DNA from: the human T2T-CHM13v2.0 reference genome, Homo sapiens
Reading direction: 5' to 3' (one strand)
Assembly: GCF_009914755.1 (NCBI RefSeq)
Contig: NC_060925.1
DNA length: 64,000 bases
Shown: positions 50,471 to 64,000 of the stretch, piece after piece
Position numbering within the stretch: the stretch's first letter is position 1
How the letters are laid out: each line of letters starts with the position of its first letter
The notes under the pieces: generated by a model
Seen by the model: the letters and a program-made list of their open reading frames with translations, nothing else
Told to the model about the DNA's origin: nothing
The model's database searches: none
Program-made: the position numbers and the translations under genes

Positions 50471-52784
50471 AAAATATGCTCTTTTAAGCTGATAACACCT
50501 TAACTTTGATCACGTTTTAAAAACTTACACTTTTACTGTCCTCTACATTTTATTTTTTCAATGTCACAATTTAGACATTTTTATATGTATCCCTGAACAG
50601 TTACTATATGTATTATTTTTAATAGTTTTGTCTTTTAACCTTTATACTAAAGTGATTTACCCACAACCATTACAGTGTTAGAGTATTCTGAGTTTGACTT
50701 TGAAATTAATTTTCCCAGTGTTTTTTATGTTCATTTTTTCATTCATTCATTTATTACCTATTAGTGTCCTTTTCTTTCAGCTTGAAGAATTCCATTTAGC
50801 ATTTCTTGTGAGATAGGTTTGGTGGTGATAAACTCTCTCAGCTTTTGTTTGTCAGGAAATGTCTTTAACTCTCCTTTCTGAAGGATAATTTTGCTAGGTA
50901 CAGTATTCTGGGTTGGCAGGTTTTTTGGCTTTTGTTTTGTTTTGCTTTGCTTTTCCCTTCAACCCATTGAGTATATCATCCCATTCTCTCCTGTCCTGTA
51001 AAGCATCTGCTGATAAATTGGCTGCTAGCCTTATTGGAGCTCTGGTACATGTGATTTTCTCCTTTTCTCTTGTTGCTTTCAGGATCCTCTCCTTTTGTTT
51101 TCTGTTAGTTTGATTATAGTATGTCTTGCTGTAATCTTGTTTGGGTTGAATCTGATTAGAGACCTTTGACCTTCCTATAACTGGATATTTATATCTTCCA
51201 ATTTGGAAAGTTTTCTGCTGTAATTTCTTTAAATAATCTTTTTACCTCTTTCACTCTTCCTTCACCCTCTTGAATTCCTATAACTGAAATATTTGCTTTT
51301 TTGATATTGTCCCTTAAATCCAGCAATATTTCTTTAGTTTTTATTCTTTTTTCTCCTCTGACTGTATGTTTTCAAATAAACTGTCTTTGAGTTCATAGAT
51401 TTTTCTGCTTGATCATTTCTGCTGTTGATGCTCTCTATTTTTCATTTCATTTATTATATTTTTCAGCTCCAGAATTTTTTTGATTTTTTTTTAAAAGATA
51501 TTATTTTAATGTCTCTGACAAATTTTTTATTTTGGATGTTCATTGTTTTCCTGATTTCACTGAAATGTTCTGTATTTTCTTGAAGTTTACCAAACTTCTT
51601 TAAAATATTTATTTTGAATTCTTTGTCAGGCTGTTCATTTATCCCAATTCTAAAGGTCAGCTGCTGAGAGATTATTGTATTCTTTTAGGGTTATTTATAT
51701 CTCTTTGATTTTTCATGTTTCTTGTCTTATGTTGACTTCTACACATTTGAAGAAGTAGAGACTGATTTCAGTCTTTGCAGACTGGAGTTGTCTGGGAAAT
51801 CTCTTTACCAGTCATGTTGTTCAGAGATTCTGAGAAGGCTGTCTGGCATGGTTCATGGGCAAACTTGCTACTGGAGTCTTCAGGCAGGCTGGCCTGGTAC
51901 CTGGGTCAGTAGGTGGATGAGACTAGCACCTGGATACACTAGGATAGATCTGTTAATTTGGTCCACATGGATGGGCCTGAAGCCTATATCTGTAGGGGCC
52001 AGCCTGATGCCTGGGTTTATGAGGGCTAATCTGGCACTGGGGTGGCCCCTGAACCTTAGTTGGCGGGGTGCAGCCAGATGGTGACATGGTATGGTGGGCT
52101 TGGCACCTGGGTTCACTGGGATGAGCTGGAGCCTGAATTCATGGGGGCTAGCCTGATGCTGGGATGAGCCTGGGGACTGAGTTCACAAAGTTAGGCCTGA
52201 CTCCAAGGTTTGCAAGGGTGGCCCTGGGGCCTCAGTCTGCAGGGGCTGACCTGACACTAGGGTCTGCTGGGAGGGACTTGGACCTTGGGTTTGCTACAGA
52301 ATACCTGTACTCTAAGTCTACTAGAGCATTGAATGGCAGGGGCTGGCCTGGAAAGTAGAGCTACAGGGACTAGCCTGACACTGGAAAGGCTTGGACCCTC
52401 TGTCTGTGCATTCTGGCCTAGTGCCTGAAGCCAGGGATCCCAACCTGGCACTAGGGTAGGCCCAAAGCCTGGGTCTATGTGTGCCAACATGGCCCTGGGC
52501 TGGTCTGAAACCTGGAGCAGGCTTAAAGCCAGGGGCCATAGGGGCTGGCTTGATAGTGGGTGGACCTGGATCCTATATCCACAGGGATTGTCCTGGAGTC
52601 TGGGTCCATGAGTGCTGGCCTGATGACTAGGGCTTTGGGAGGTAGCCTGGTGCTGGGGTGAGCTTGAAGCTTGGGCTAGGGCTGATCTGAAGCCTGAGAC
52701 TGTTGGCTCTGCTCAGCAGAGCCCCACTCAGCAGTGGGGAAGGCCAGAGACCAAGTCTACTAGGCAGAGCCTGGAGCCTGAGGC

Positions 52785-53752
52785 CTTTGCAACAGCTTAA
52801 TTTTATTTGCAATTGTCTTAAAAATCTGTTTTCTTTGGGGCTTGTCTTTAAACCCTCCTGTCAGGTATTTATATTCTTATTTGCTTTTAATATTTCCATT
52901 ATCTTGAATTCTTAAATCTTTGCAGCATCTTGAATTCTTTAATTTCTTTGGATTCTGGAGCCTGAGGCTGCAAAATCCTGTCTGGCACCAGGAAAGGCCT
53001 GGAAGCTTAATCCTCTGGTACTGGCCTAGAGTCTGGGACCAGTGGTGGCCTGCATGGCACTGGGTTTACTAGGATGGGTCTGGTACTAGGCTCTGAGGCA
53101 ACGTCTGATGCTCACTTCATTCTCATTTCCCCACACAGAGGGTGTCTCTTTCTATGTGTGTTACCTGGAATTGAGGAAAGAGTCATTCAAACAATATAAA
53201 ACTGTCCTTTCTACCATCTTCAATGTATCTCTTTATTTCTGTGTTACATCTAGGTACAGTAGTCTCTCACCTATTTCCTTTAGCTCTTATGAATGCATTT
53301 TTTTTTGTGTGTGTGGATAGTTTTTCAAATTAATGTTTCTGTAGGGGACTGAGCATTGGAAAGTCTTATGCTGACATCTTGCTGACATCTTTCTCTAGTC
53401 ACTTTTGTGTCTCCTTTTTTACAGAAAAGAGCATTCACACAGACACACTTCCACACAGCACAAAACATACACATTTCCACAATAATTCTTAAAACTTAAC
53501 ACATATTAATAATTCTCAAATTAACCATAGTCAGTGAGGCTAGAGGAGAGCAAGTCTGGGCCATCTTTTAGTAAAAGTTGAGTTTTGCAATAGTTTCATT
53601 TTATTTGCATTTGTCTTCAAACTCTGTTTTCTCTGAGGTTTGTCTTTAAACCCTCTTATTGGGTATTTAGATTCTTTTTTGCTTTTAATATTTCCACTAT
53701 CTTGAATTCTTAAATCTTTACAGCATCTTGAATTCTTCAATTCCTTTGGATT
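52785..53752. repeat. Dispersed direct duplication of 170 bp (52785-52954 and 53583-53752)
   Basis: Ungapped manual alignment with about 20 mismatches (about 88%); the first copy is flanked by exact ctggagcctgaggc on both sides. Confidence 0.93.
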
Positions 53753-53754
53753 AG

Positions 53755-54118
53755 TGATACGGTTTGGCTCTGTCCCCACCCAAATCTCATCTTGAATTGT
53801 AATCTCCACAATCCCCATGTGTCTAGGAAGAGACCTGGGGGGAGATGATTAGACCATGGGGGCAGTTTCCTCCATGCTGTTCTCATGATAGTGAGTGAGT
53901 TCTCATGAGATCTGATGGTTTTATAAGGGGCTCTTTCCCCTTCATTCCTTGCTTCTTCTCTCTCCTGCTGCCCTGTGAAGAGGTGTCTCCTGCCATGATT
54001 GTAAGTTTCTTGTGGCCTCCCTAACCATGCAGAACTGTGAATCAATTAAACCTCTTTCCTTTATAAATTACCTAGCCTCAGGCAGTTCTTTATAGCAGCG
54101 TGAAAACGAACTAATATA
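53755..54118 (+). mobile_element. THE1C/D-like (MaLR) solo LTR
   Basis: tgatacggtttggctctgtccccacccaaatctcatcttgaattg...tatagcagcgtgaaaacgaactaatata; 5-bp TSD attag (53750-53754 / 54119-54123). Confidence 0.93.
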
Positions 54119-55834
54119 ATTAGTATTCTGGTCATGTAGAAAACATGTTTTTACTTTGAACATAAGTTCAATGTGTTACATTCTCTGGTCACATTTAGAC
54201 AGTAATAAGCTTAGCCAAAAACATGGGCTGCTGAGGATACTGTATGCCTCGTTTGCTCATTCATAACATCAGAATGTTACCTAAAATTTCCAAGCAGGGT
54301 TCAACTAGTTCCCAGTATAGAATAATGATTATGCATGGAGTGCTTGTAGACTTATGATTTTGCAATGGCAATGAAAAGATGAAAGAATGGAGAAGGACAA
54401 ACCCAAACCATGAAATGACAACAAAAGATATTTTACTAATGTATATCTAACAATCTTTAAATAATAAACAATGCGGTTCTGCTTTAAAATTCTTAATGAA
54501 AACCCTTAGCCAGTTATGGATGAGGAAAATTCTGTGCTTTCTTCCTATATTGTTGTTTTTCATTGCTTACAGGCCCTGAATTGCCTATTTCCTTTAATAA
54601 ATCTGTATATTGTCCATTGCAGACAACTATTTCTGCACTTCAAAGTAGCTCAAGTTCTAAGATTTTAAATAAAATGGCCCCATCGACTTGATTTCTGAGG
54701 AAGTTTTGCTGCTTACATTTTATAAAATGTAGGTCTCCAGTTGATTATTGTTTTGGGATGGTTTCTTTCTTCATTTACATAAACCTGAAACCCAAACTTG
54801 CTATTTTCCTCTAAATATGACAGGACTGCTACCTTTCTATTTTGCCAGGTACCACGTGTTCTTTCTCATTAATATCTTTTGCTTTGAGAGGAATGATCTA
54901 CAGATCAATAAGGGTGAAAAGGCTTCCTTGCATTTTGTTTCTTCATATGTAAAACAACTTTGTAGCTCTCTAATCTCTTGGCCTTGCTTTAATGATCCTT
55001 AGTTTTAGATCATCTAGTCATTCTCTCTGGTCCTGGTTCAATACAATTTGGTTCTTATTTCTTTTATCTTTTCAAGGAGAAAGCCCCTGGTGAGCCAGGT
55101 GGAATGTGATGGTGTAGATATGATTTTCCACTATCATCGATTAGATCAAGGATCTTGAGCAAGTTATTTAAATTCTCTGAGCTCAGTTTCTTCAATCTCA
55201 AAATGCTACAAATAATAGCTACTTGTCAAGGCTGTGAGAATTAAATGTGACAATAGTAAAGTATAATTAACAGATGCTAATTAAGCTTGAGGAGGTAATG
55301 TTAGAAGTGCACCACAAAGGCTTGATAAGTAAAGCTGGATATAGATTGATGGGGAGGGGGTCAGAGAGTGCCTTGTGACTGGTCAGATTTGAGTCATTAT
55401 TAGTTATTTCAGTTTGGTCTAAGTTAGCATTTTCCTAAGTATCGACCACCCACACAAGATTAACCCCAATCATGTGTCTCTGTGTGTGTGTGTGTGTGTG
55501 TGTATATATGCATGTGTGCTTGCATGTATATACTTATATATTCCACATATATTCACATAATATATATCTATAAATACATACTCTGTATTCACTTTTATCG
55601 CATCCATTGAAATGATGTATTTATGTGTCACTTTCCCTCTGAGTTCCTTAACCTTACATCATTCATCTTATGTTCAATCCCTTGGAAATTGTAGTGGTTC
55701 AGTGAATGTTTGGGGAAAAAAAGTAAGGGAGAGAGACAGAAAGCCAGTAGAAGAAGAGAGAGGGAAAGAAAGGAGGATAAGTGGAATAGAATGGAATGAA
55801 AAGAACAAAATTGAATAAAATTAAATGGTATATT

Positions 55835-56080
55835 ATAATCTGATGGTCAAGAATTTCTACTTTAAAGCCAGAGTATCTAATTTTAAATCGTACTGTGGCT
55901 GCCATGTAATAGCTATGTGGTTGGGGGAAAGTTATTTATTCTCCTCTTTCATCTCTGAAATGAGAAAAATAATAGTATGTACCTCATAGGGTAGTTATGA
56001 GGATTAAAGGAATTGAACATATAAAGCACTTAAAATAGTGCCTAGACTATAATACACACTCAATAACTTTTGACTATTAT
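55835..56080 (+). mobile_element. MIR SINE
   Basis: aataatagtatgtacctcatagggtagttatgaggattaaa...aaagcacttaaaatagtgcct. Confidence 0.8.
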
Positions 56081-56109
56081 AATCTGTTCTTAAAGATTTA
56101 GTCCAGGAA

Positions 56110-56345
56110 GCAGCAGAGTATGTAGGATGAACATGGAATTTTTAATCAAATAAACTTAGTGTTGAATCTCGTGTTTGACAGTTACTATTGTAGGAGCAAT
56201 TTTTGAACTCCTTAATTTTTTTCTAATAATTGTAAAAGTGTGGGGGATAATAATTAATAAACTACCACTAAGGTTTGATATGAATATTAAATAAGATAAA
56301 GTATGTAAAAATGCATAATAGACTTGGCACATTATAATGCTTCAT
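56110..56345 (+). mobile_element. MIR SINE
   Basis: tgaatattaaataagataaagtatgtaaaaatgc...ttggcacatt. Confidence 0.6.
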
Positions 56346-57989
56346 TTTCTTAAGACATGTCATTATTCTTTCACTTATCCACCATTCCATTCTGATATTT
56401 AGGAACACTGACATCTAAAATTGCAGCAATTGATTTCCTTGTCTTGTCTACTTATAGCAGTGTATTAGTTTTCATGCATGCATTGATAGATATATTATTT
56501 TTCCACCTCAACAGGGAGGAGTAAGTGTGACATTATAATTTTTACCTATATTCATGGAGGCCCTTCTGTAATTAACAAGGACAGGGGAATTCACAGTGGA
56601 GCCATAAGAAAAAATAATTTAAGTCTATTCATTATGTTCTTATTTTTGCCTACATTGTCTAGGAAATCAGTCTCCAAATTGTTCAAAAAGCAGATGCTTA
56701 GATACTTCCCCAATGCTTACAACTCTAGCTTTCCATCAGTGTGGAGAAGCCTCTAGAAATTTCCAGAGAAGCTGTCACTCTTGAAATGGAAGCAGATACT
56801 GTCCTAGTTTTGGTGGGATTTGGACATGAGGGTGGTGGAAGGAAAAATAGTAAGAGAAAGGTGAAATCAAGTTAAAATAGAAACGAACAGTAAGGGTAAC
56901 TCTGAAAAGCACAGGAGGTCATAGAGGCGTAGCTCGGGAAAGGGGATCTGACTGTGGAGGAAGGGGAACATTGTGAGAGGGACTATGTAGACTGTACATC
57001 GAGAGGAGTCCTAGCATTTTTCATATCATCTTAAGGACCCACATCTCTACTCCCAGCCTACGACAGCTGCTGGTCACTGGGTATGGAAAGTGCTTTTCCT
57101 AATAGCCTGCTTGTCTGGGCACTGAGAAGCTTCAGGCAGAACGATGAATGGTTTAAACAGAAGAGGGATATAATTGGGAAATAAATAAAATCCACACCCT
57201 GGTTTTGCAAAAAACTAACAATAGACTTTGGGCAAGTTATTTAATCTCTTTGGATCCAATTTCCTCATCTCTGGGATGAAGAGATTGGAGTCCATGACCT
57301 CTAACGTTTCCTCCAGATTTGTGAGTCTTTGTTTCTAATGTATTTCTCTTATCCACCTACTCACATTACCTTCTAGATTTAGGATTTGTGGCATTTCCAA
57401 CTTAATGGAGGGTATTTCTCATCTAGAGCCGTATACCCCAAAACTGGTTCCTAACTCCTTCTCTGGGAATGAAAGAGTTCTATCTATACCAAGTGGCCAT
57501 TTCATAAGCTTATTTGGTCAGTCTTCAGTGATCTTAAAAAAAAAAAACAAGCAAACAATTTTTTTAAACCCCAAGAATTAAATTTTTGTTTATTTTAAGC
57601 TATTGTTTGGAATGAAGACCACCAAATCTTACTCCTTATGTTGTACCCAGTTTAAGGCAGTGGTTCTTACATATTAAAATATGCCTTTCAGATATTCAAT
57701 ATTTAAACAAATAAAAAACTTTTCTCTCTTCTTTTTTTCTCCCAATTAAAATGTGTTTTTTATTCTTGTTGACATCAAACGAGTGGAATTTTTTCAAAAA
57801 TATTTTCAAAAATCTGCCTCAGATATGAGATTTCCCTTCAAAAACTGGGACCAGGATAAATAAGTATGAGCAGCCAAAATAGAAAATGTTTTGCAAACTT
57901 AATTGCAGCATCTGCTAAATTACGCTGCAGGTTATAGAGATTCCTTTGCCCAGTATAGTCATAGCTGTTACCCTCCCACTGCCTCTGCT

Positions 57990-58710
57990 CTGATTAGACT
58001 TTCATCCTCCCACTTTGATTACCAGAACAGCCTTCTTGCTGGTTGCCCTGCCTCTAGTCTCCCTTGCTCCCAGCCACACTCTCTTTTGCTCCCACGTCAC
58101 CTACCTAAATCTGTAGACTCCTATCACTGAGCATAAAGGCCTTAGAAAATGATCACGCAAAAATCACATACATCTTTTTCCCAAAACGTGGCAGTGAATC
58201 TAGAAAAAACAGCTGAGTCCTTACCACAATGTTTAGGATTCTACAAGATTCAACATGGAGCCGAAGCTAGCTTTCCAGGTGCCTTTCAAATTTTTCTCTA
58301 AAAGCCTTCACTCCCTGCTACATAGAGAATTCTTAAACCCCAAATCTATCATACACTATCTCATATATTAATCTTTTCCATTCCCAGAGCCCAGAATATT
58401 TTTTTTCACCTGCATATAGTTTGCCTCTTCTTCAAAGCTTAGCTCAAATGCTTTATTTTCCAGAAAGCTTTCTTGATGGCCACAGATAAAACAATTGTTT
58501 ATTGTTATTTATTTCCAAACCACATTGCTGTTTAGCACATATTTCATTCCAACTTGTCTTAGAATTGCTTTTATTCATTTTTTTCCTTACTTGAAAGTCA
58601 GTAAACTCCACACAGTAAGGGTACGAGTATGCCACAATCATTTCCACATCCCATGGGACTTAGCGCAATGTCTGAAACATAGTGGAAGCTAAAAAAATAT
58701 TGATTGAAAT
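57990..58710 (+). mobile_element. L2 LINE 3' region
   Basis: agccttcttgctggttgccctgcctctagtctc...ttagcgcaatgtctgaaacatagtggaagctaaaaaaatattgattgaa. Confidence 0.7.
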
Positions 58711-61143
58711 TTAAGGCTGTTCCTTAATTCCAACCCGCTTCCTCATCTCATTGCACTCATATTAAGAAAGCAGGAGAATGAGAAACAATAACAAACGGAG
58801 ATTAGCAGGGACTCTCTTGGGTGGATTTAGGAAACAAACAGGGAAGATTTCTGGAGAGGAGCACTAAAGAGAAGACATTAGGGAAAATCATATCAGAACA
58901 ACCGTGGTCCTGACAGGAGGTCTCAAAGCCAGAGAGATTAAAAGGCAAGTGTTGACCAAGCACCATGGCATTCCAAGGTTGAGAGAGAGATTTTAAGTAG
59001 TGTTGGTAATGTGTGGGTGTCCTAACGGGAATACTAGCCATACAGTGAACCTTGGCAGTCAAGTGGTGACAGAGAATATATGCTGAGTATGGTGTCAGGG
59101 AAGAGGTTGGGGAAAAAGTAAAGCCTCAACTAAGTAAATCGCAGTGGACGAAAGTCCTAGAAAACAAGCTGTGTTTGGTCAGGAAAAGCAAGTCAGAGGT
59201 CAACCTTACAAACAAGACTCGGCCCACACCATTTGAAAGTGGGAGACATAGAGGGCCAACCGTGTGGTCATACTCAAGACCTATCTTTATCACACTGGAT
59301 AGTGTCTCTGGCCAGTGAGTTGAGGTTGCCATTGTATTATTTTCCTGGCCAAGATTTGCTTGAGTTACTTAGTGGGACAGAGCATAATGTAATAGGCTTT
59401 AGTGACTGCAGTTAGCGAATCTGAGGAAGGTAGGGACTGGTGGCGGTGATCAGCTCTGACTTCTTCCAAGGTGAATTATAAACTTAAATATCAATCTATC
59501 AGGTTTTAAATTGTCTTCTAAAACCTCCATGCAACAGCTATGGTGATAATAGAAAATTTTCCATTAAAAAAGTAGGAAGTACTAAGGATTGTGTTAAAAA
59601 TTTAGACAGAATTTTCCACTTCTTAATCCACACTGCTCTACAGAATAGATATCTCAGCTCTATTGGCACCATTGCCCAGAGAAAGGAACAAATAAGGGAT
59701 TTACTTTTCTGTGAATTTGTTGCCTGTATCACATCTGCTTATTTTGAGGCTTTTTGCCTTTCTCTTCTTGGAAATGACCTGAAGTTGCCCTGATATAGTT
59801 ACTTAGCTTAGCTGAAAGGACAAGGGTAGCATTGTGTCTTGGCTTCATTGATTATCTGTGAACCTGCATAAATGTCTTAATCATGGCAAGATTAAGTTTC
59901 CTTATCTGAAGCATGTAGACAATACTTAACTCATAACATTGCTGTAAGGACAAAAATAAAATAAAATAAGATGATCTAGTTGCCATAATTGTGACTATTA
60001 ATGATAAAGGCTCCATGAAATTCTGCTTTTAAGTAACCTATACAAGTAAGTATTTGACTACAGGATTCTTTTAAAATAACACCTTTTTATACTTTGCATA
60101 ACTAAAGTTTAATGCTCCATTTTTATATAATACAATTATTACCTTGCTAGCTTCCTAAGCCTCGGTTTTTATAACAGTGAAATGAAATTAGAAAGCCTAG
60201 CAGGCTTCTAGAATGTTAAAACTTGGCCTTGTAATTATTTCTTAATTCCATATTTTAGTAATTTCTCTTGTTCAGCCGATGACTAAAAATTTTTTTGAAT
60301 ACAGACAGGAATACAAGTTCCTTATATGCAATGTAGAAAATGTAGAAAAATAAAAAGAATGAAATTTAAATATCATATATCCACTGTTAACATTTTTATG
60401 TACTTTTTATTATTTTTTATATTCCTACATATAAATATATTTTTACAAACATTCATTTGTATACCCTGCTTTCCCCATTCCTTAACAATTTTTCTACAAT
60501 GTAACAGTCAATAAATGCAAATATTATATCATAAGAATGTGATTTAATCAATCATTTAATTGATTGTTCTCCTACTCTGCTCCTACTTTGGAGCAACTTT
60601 CCATTTTTACAAATAAATTCCAGATGTTACCTGGGATAATTTAGATAAGATTTTCTTGACTTCCTCTCCCCATTTTCACATCCTGTGGAAGTTACAAGCT
60701 GTTTCTCTATAGTGTTGGACAAATTTCTATGGAGATCACATTCTCATGGCCAGCTCTGGCTCTCTGCTGTTACAGATACCAAGCTAGCTTAATTTCTGGA
60801 TAACTTTATTCTCTCCCCTCTTTTCACGCCTCCCCCTCTTCATGCCTTTAACACTGGCAAGGAGCTTAGGCCTCTTCTGGGATGCACACACAGACATGGT
60901 ACACCCCTTCTGTTCCAATGTGTGATAGCAGATCTAGCTGAAGCTATGCTGGAGCTTCTTTAGTGTTCTTCCAGTGGTGTAGTTAAAACTGGCACTAATT
61001 TCAAATACATTTGTTTGCTAGATTATATGTCTTTGAATGCGACACCATGGTGAAATGAAGAGGGCCCATGAGGACTGGGTCTCTCTTTAAATTACATTTG
61101 AGATAGCCTTTTATAAATACAATTGTTTGGCAAAAGGCTATGA

Positions 61144-61535
<392 letters not shown>

Positions 61536-61949
61536 TAGCAGTGTATGAGACTGTCCATCTCACAGGCACTGACTCTTAAAATAAGCTGAAACTCCCACTA
61601 CTTGTTTCCACACTTAGCCCTGTGAAAGTATTCACAATTCTCACAAGCAGGACTCATATATTTTTCCTTTGTGCACCCACTTCTCTGTGTACATAACTTG
61701 TGATAGAACTAATCATGGGGTATCAAAATTATTTGTACATCTAGCTGCTTCTTTAAACCAAATCTCTCAAGGTCAAGGTCAAGTCTTTCTCTCCTCTGTG
61801 ACCTTAGCACAGAACATAAATGCTGACTGGAACTGGTCAGGTCTTCAGTGCACATTGTTGCTAGACATAGAAACTGATCTGATGAGAGTGAATCAACTAC
61901 TTCTGAACTCTGAGAAGTACTCAGTCTACTTAAGGCCATTTCGCAGCAC

Positions 61950-62300
61950 AGTTGTACTTTTCCTGTAAGTCCAAACCAGCATTCTCCCAGCCTTCCTGCA
62001 ATACTTGGACTCACTTGCTTGGCTTTCTACCATTCTCTCTCACACCTACACACAAATCACATGCTGTTTCCTTTGCTTGGAATGTCCTTCCTCCCATTTT
62101 CCACATGACAATTTCCCCTTTATCCCTTAAGACTCAATTCAGAATGCACCCCAACATCCCCCAGGAAGAGTTAGTCCTTTTCTTTGCAGTTCAAGGCCTC
62201 ATTGTTCATACAGCTCTTAGAGTATTTCCATATTATATTGAACTTATTAGTTTAATTGCCTTTCTTTTTCCATAGATGTGTGTTCTTAAAATTATAGGTC
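61950..62300 (+). mobile_element. L2 LINE fragment
   Basis: cacatgctgtttcctttgcttggaatgtccttcctccc...cccttaagactcaattc. Confidence 0.65.
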
Positions 62301-62486
62301 ACAACTCATCAGTACCTTGAATTAATTTTAGTTATGGCATTCCACATTAAAAGGAAGAACAGAATAGAATACATAGAAAATATCAGAGTACATTTCATAG
62401 AGTAAGAATAAATGTTTCATAAAATTTTGAGTGTGTTGTGTGAGTAGGAAGTGTATGGGGCTGCAATACAAAATGTATTTTTTGAG

Positions 62487-62702
62487 TTTTATTTTTAATT
62501 GACAAATAATAATTGTATATATTTATGGGGTACAAGGTGATATTACAATACATGTGTACATTGTGGAATAATCAAATCAGGGTAATTAGCATATGCATCA
62601 TCTCAAATATTTATCATTTTTTGTGGTGAGAACATTTAAAATTCTCCCTTTCAGCTGTTTCAAAATATTCAACACAGTATTAATTATTAACTATATTCAC
62701 CT
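62487..62702 (-). mobile_element. L1MA 3' end fragment
   Basis: ttttaattgacaaataataattgtatatatttatggggtacaa...tgtggtgagaacatttaaaattctc. Confidence 0.85.
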
Positions 62703-63357
62703 TCTTCCTTTGGGTTGTGATTGAATTACTTAAAGGCAACTGCTCTATCTATGAGCTTTAAGGATAGGGATGCTGCCTTATAATCTTTGTATTCCTAGGT
62801 TCTTAGATAGAATCAATTCAAAAATTCTTTATGGTACAATGAAAGAATGAATGCAAGACTGAATGAATATACATAACTTGCCTTCAAGCCAGAGAAAGTT
62901 TCTTCCTTAAGATCAAAATACCAAGACTGGAGACTATATTTGACTATGCTTTAGTCGTAGTTATAGAATGAAGTGCCAGCCAGAGAACCAATCACTTTAG
63001 CAAAACCAGTATCTTCAAACACACGACTGATTGGCATCAGCAATTCCATCAAATAACTGACCATTTTATGCTTTAGAATTTCAACTTTCCTATTGGTATT
63101 TGGAAAATCTATTAAAACTATATGTGAGAATCCCCAGCCATAGCACTGGACAGCAGCTCACTTAAGAAAGTTGGCTCTCCTGACACCCTGCCTTGGTGCA
63201 AATCCTAGCTTTGCTGCTTATTAACTTACCCTCTTTAAGCCTCTGTTATATCATCTCTAAAAGGAAGAAGAGAGTACCTACATCATGAGCCCCAAATGCT
63301 TATGTTAATAGTAACCACTCAATAAACGTTAGCTATTAGCGTGTCATAATAGCTAGT

Positions 63358-63878
63358 TGTGGCAGAGACTACTGATTGCTTGCTTAATATCAGTTCTCTC
63401 CTTCATCCTTACTAACAGAATATCATCTATATTTGGGGAAGCATTGTACCTAATTAAAATATTTCTCAGTCTTTGTTTAAAGTTTTTTATTTTTAATTAT
63501 TATAGATATATACTAGTTGTGCATATTTGTGGGGTACATGTGATGTTTTGATGTGAGCATATAATGGGTAATGATCAAATCAGGGTAATTGGGTGTTGCC
63601 CTTTCCTTCTACCTTTCTTTATTCTGCCTGGAATTTGCATATGACGGCTGTAGCTGAAGCTACCATCATGGACCATTAGGCACTCTTGAGCATGAAAGCA
63701 ATGTGCTAAAAATGGCGGATCAGAAATACAGAAGGAATTTTGAGTCTCTTCTTTTGAAACCAGCTCTGGACTATAATCCTTCAAATTTCTCTTACATGAG
63801 AGAAAAATTAAAATCCATCCTATTTAAGCCACTGTTATTTTATTAAGTACACTGCTGGAACTAATTCTAAGTAATGTA
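63358..63878 (+). mobile_element. MLT1J/K-like LTR interrupted by a short L1MA fragment (about 63483-63595, minus strand)
   Basis: tgtggcagagactactgattgc...ttctctccttcatcctt; 3' end atttaagccactgttattt. Confidence 0.7.
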
Positions 63879-64000
63879 GAACTCATAAATATTGGTGTTT
63901 TTTTCAGATTTTAAAACAATTTTAAAGTGAAAAATTTAACACTTAAATTAATACCCATTATGTGAAAGGTACTGAGATATATTTTTTTCTATTTAGCTCT

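Noticed and set aside
51800-53100. GC-rich degenerate repeats as a novel satellite or CpG-island promoter
   Set aside because: CpG-depleted and consistent with the repetitive 5' region of old L1M elements at the expected position of the host L1.
60620-61143. Unique segment between L1ME-like pieces as an Alu 3' transduction
   Set aside because: The Alu has its own TSD (gctatga), no second tail is visible, and the L1ME pieces are too degenerate to show contiguity.

Overview
Human genomic DNA, AT-rich and repeat-dense. The species call rests on a 5'-truncated AluYb8, an essentially human-specific subfamily. I see no supportable protein-coding gene, RNA gene, CpG island or CRISPR array, and the supplied ORFs are short, either Alu/L1/LTR-derived or random. 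Roughly half the window is recognisable transposon relics: Alus (Yb8, Yh-type, Y, S, FLAM), L1PA/PB/MA/MC/ME, MIR, L2, MER5, MLT1/MLT2, THE1, LTR16, LTR33. Repeat family and subfamily labels come from recalled consensus sequences and need RepeatMasker/Dfam confirmation. I did not find a new gene system. The unusual signals are structural. (1) A near-perfect 130-bp inverted duplication (17380-17509 / 17860-17989, 3 mismatches, 350-bp spacer). (2) A near full-length old L1MA (about 39625-53395) that has captured two non-L1 segments: a 2.3-kb block containing MIRs older than the host L1, and a 170-bp copy of its own flank bracketed by a 14-bp direct repeat. (3) A poly(A)-tailed MER41 LTR fragment that looks like an L1-mobilised retrocopy. 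(4) Two very young Alus that may be polymorphic. (5) Several motif-dense unique segments that may be enhancers.
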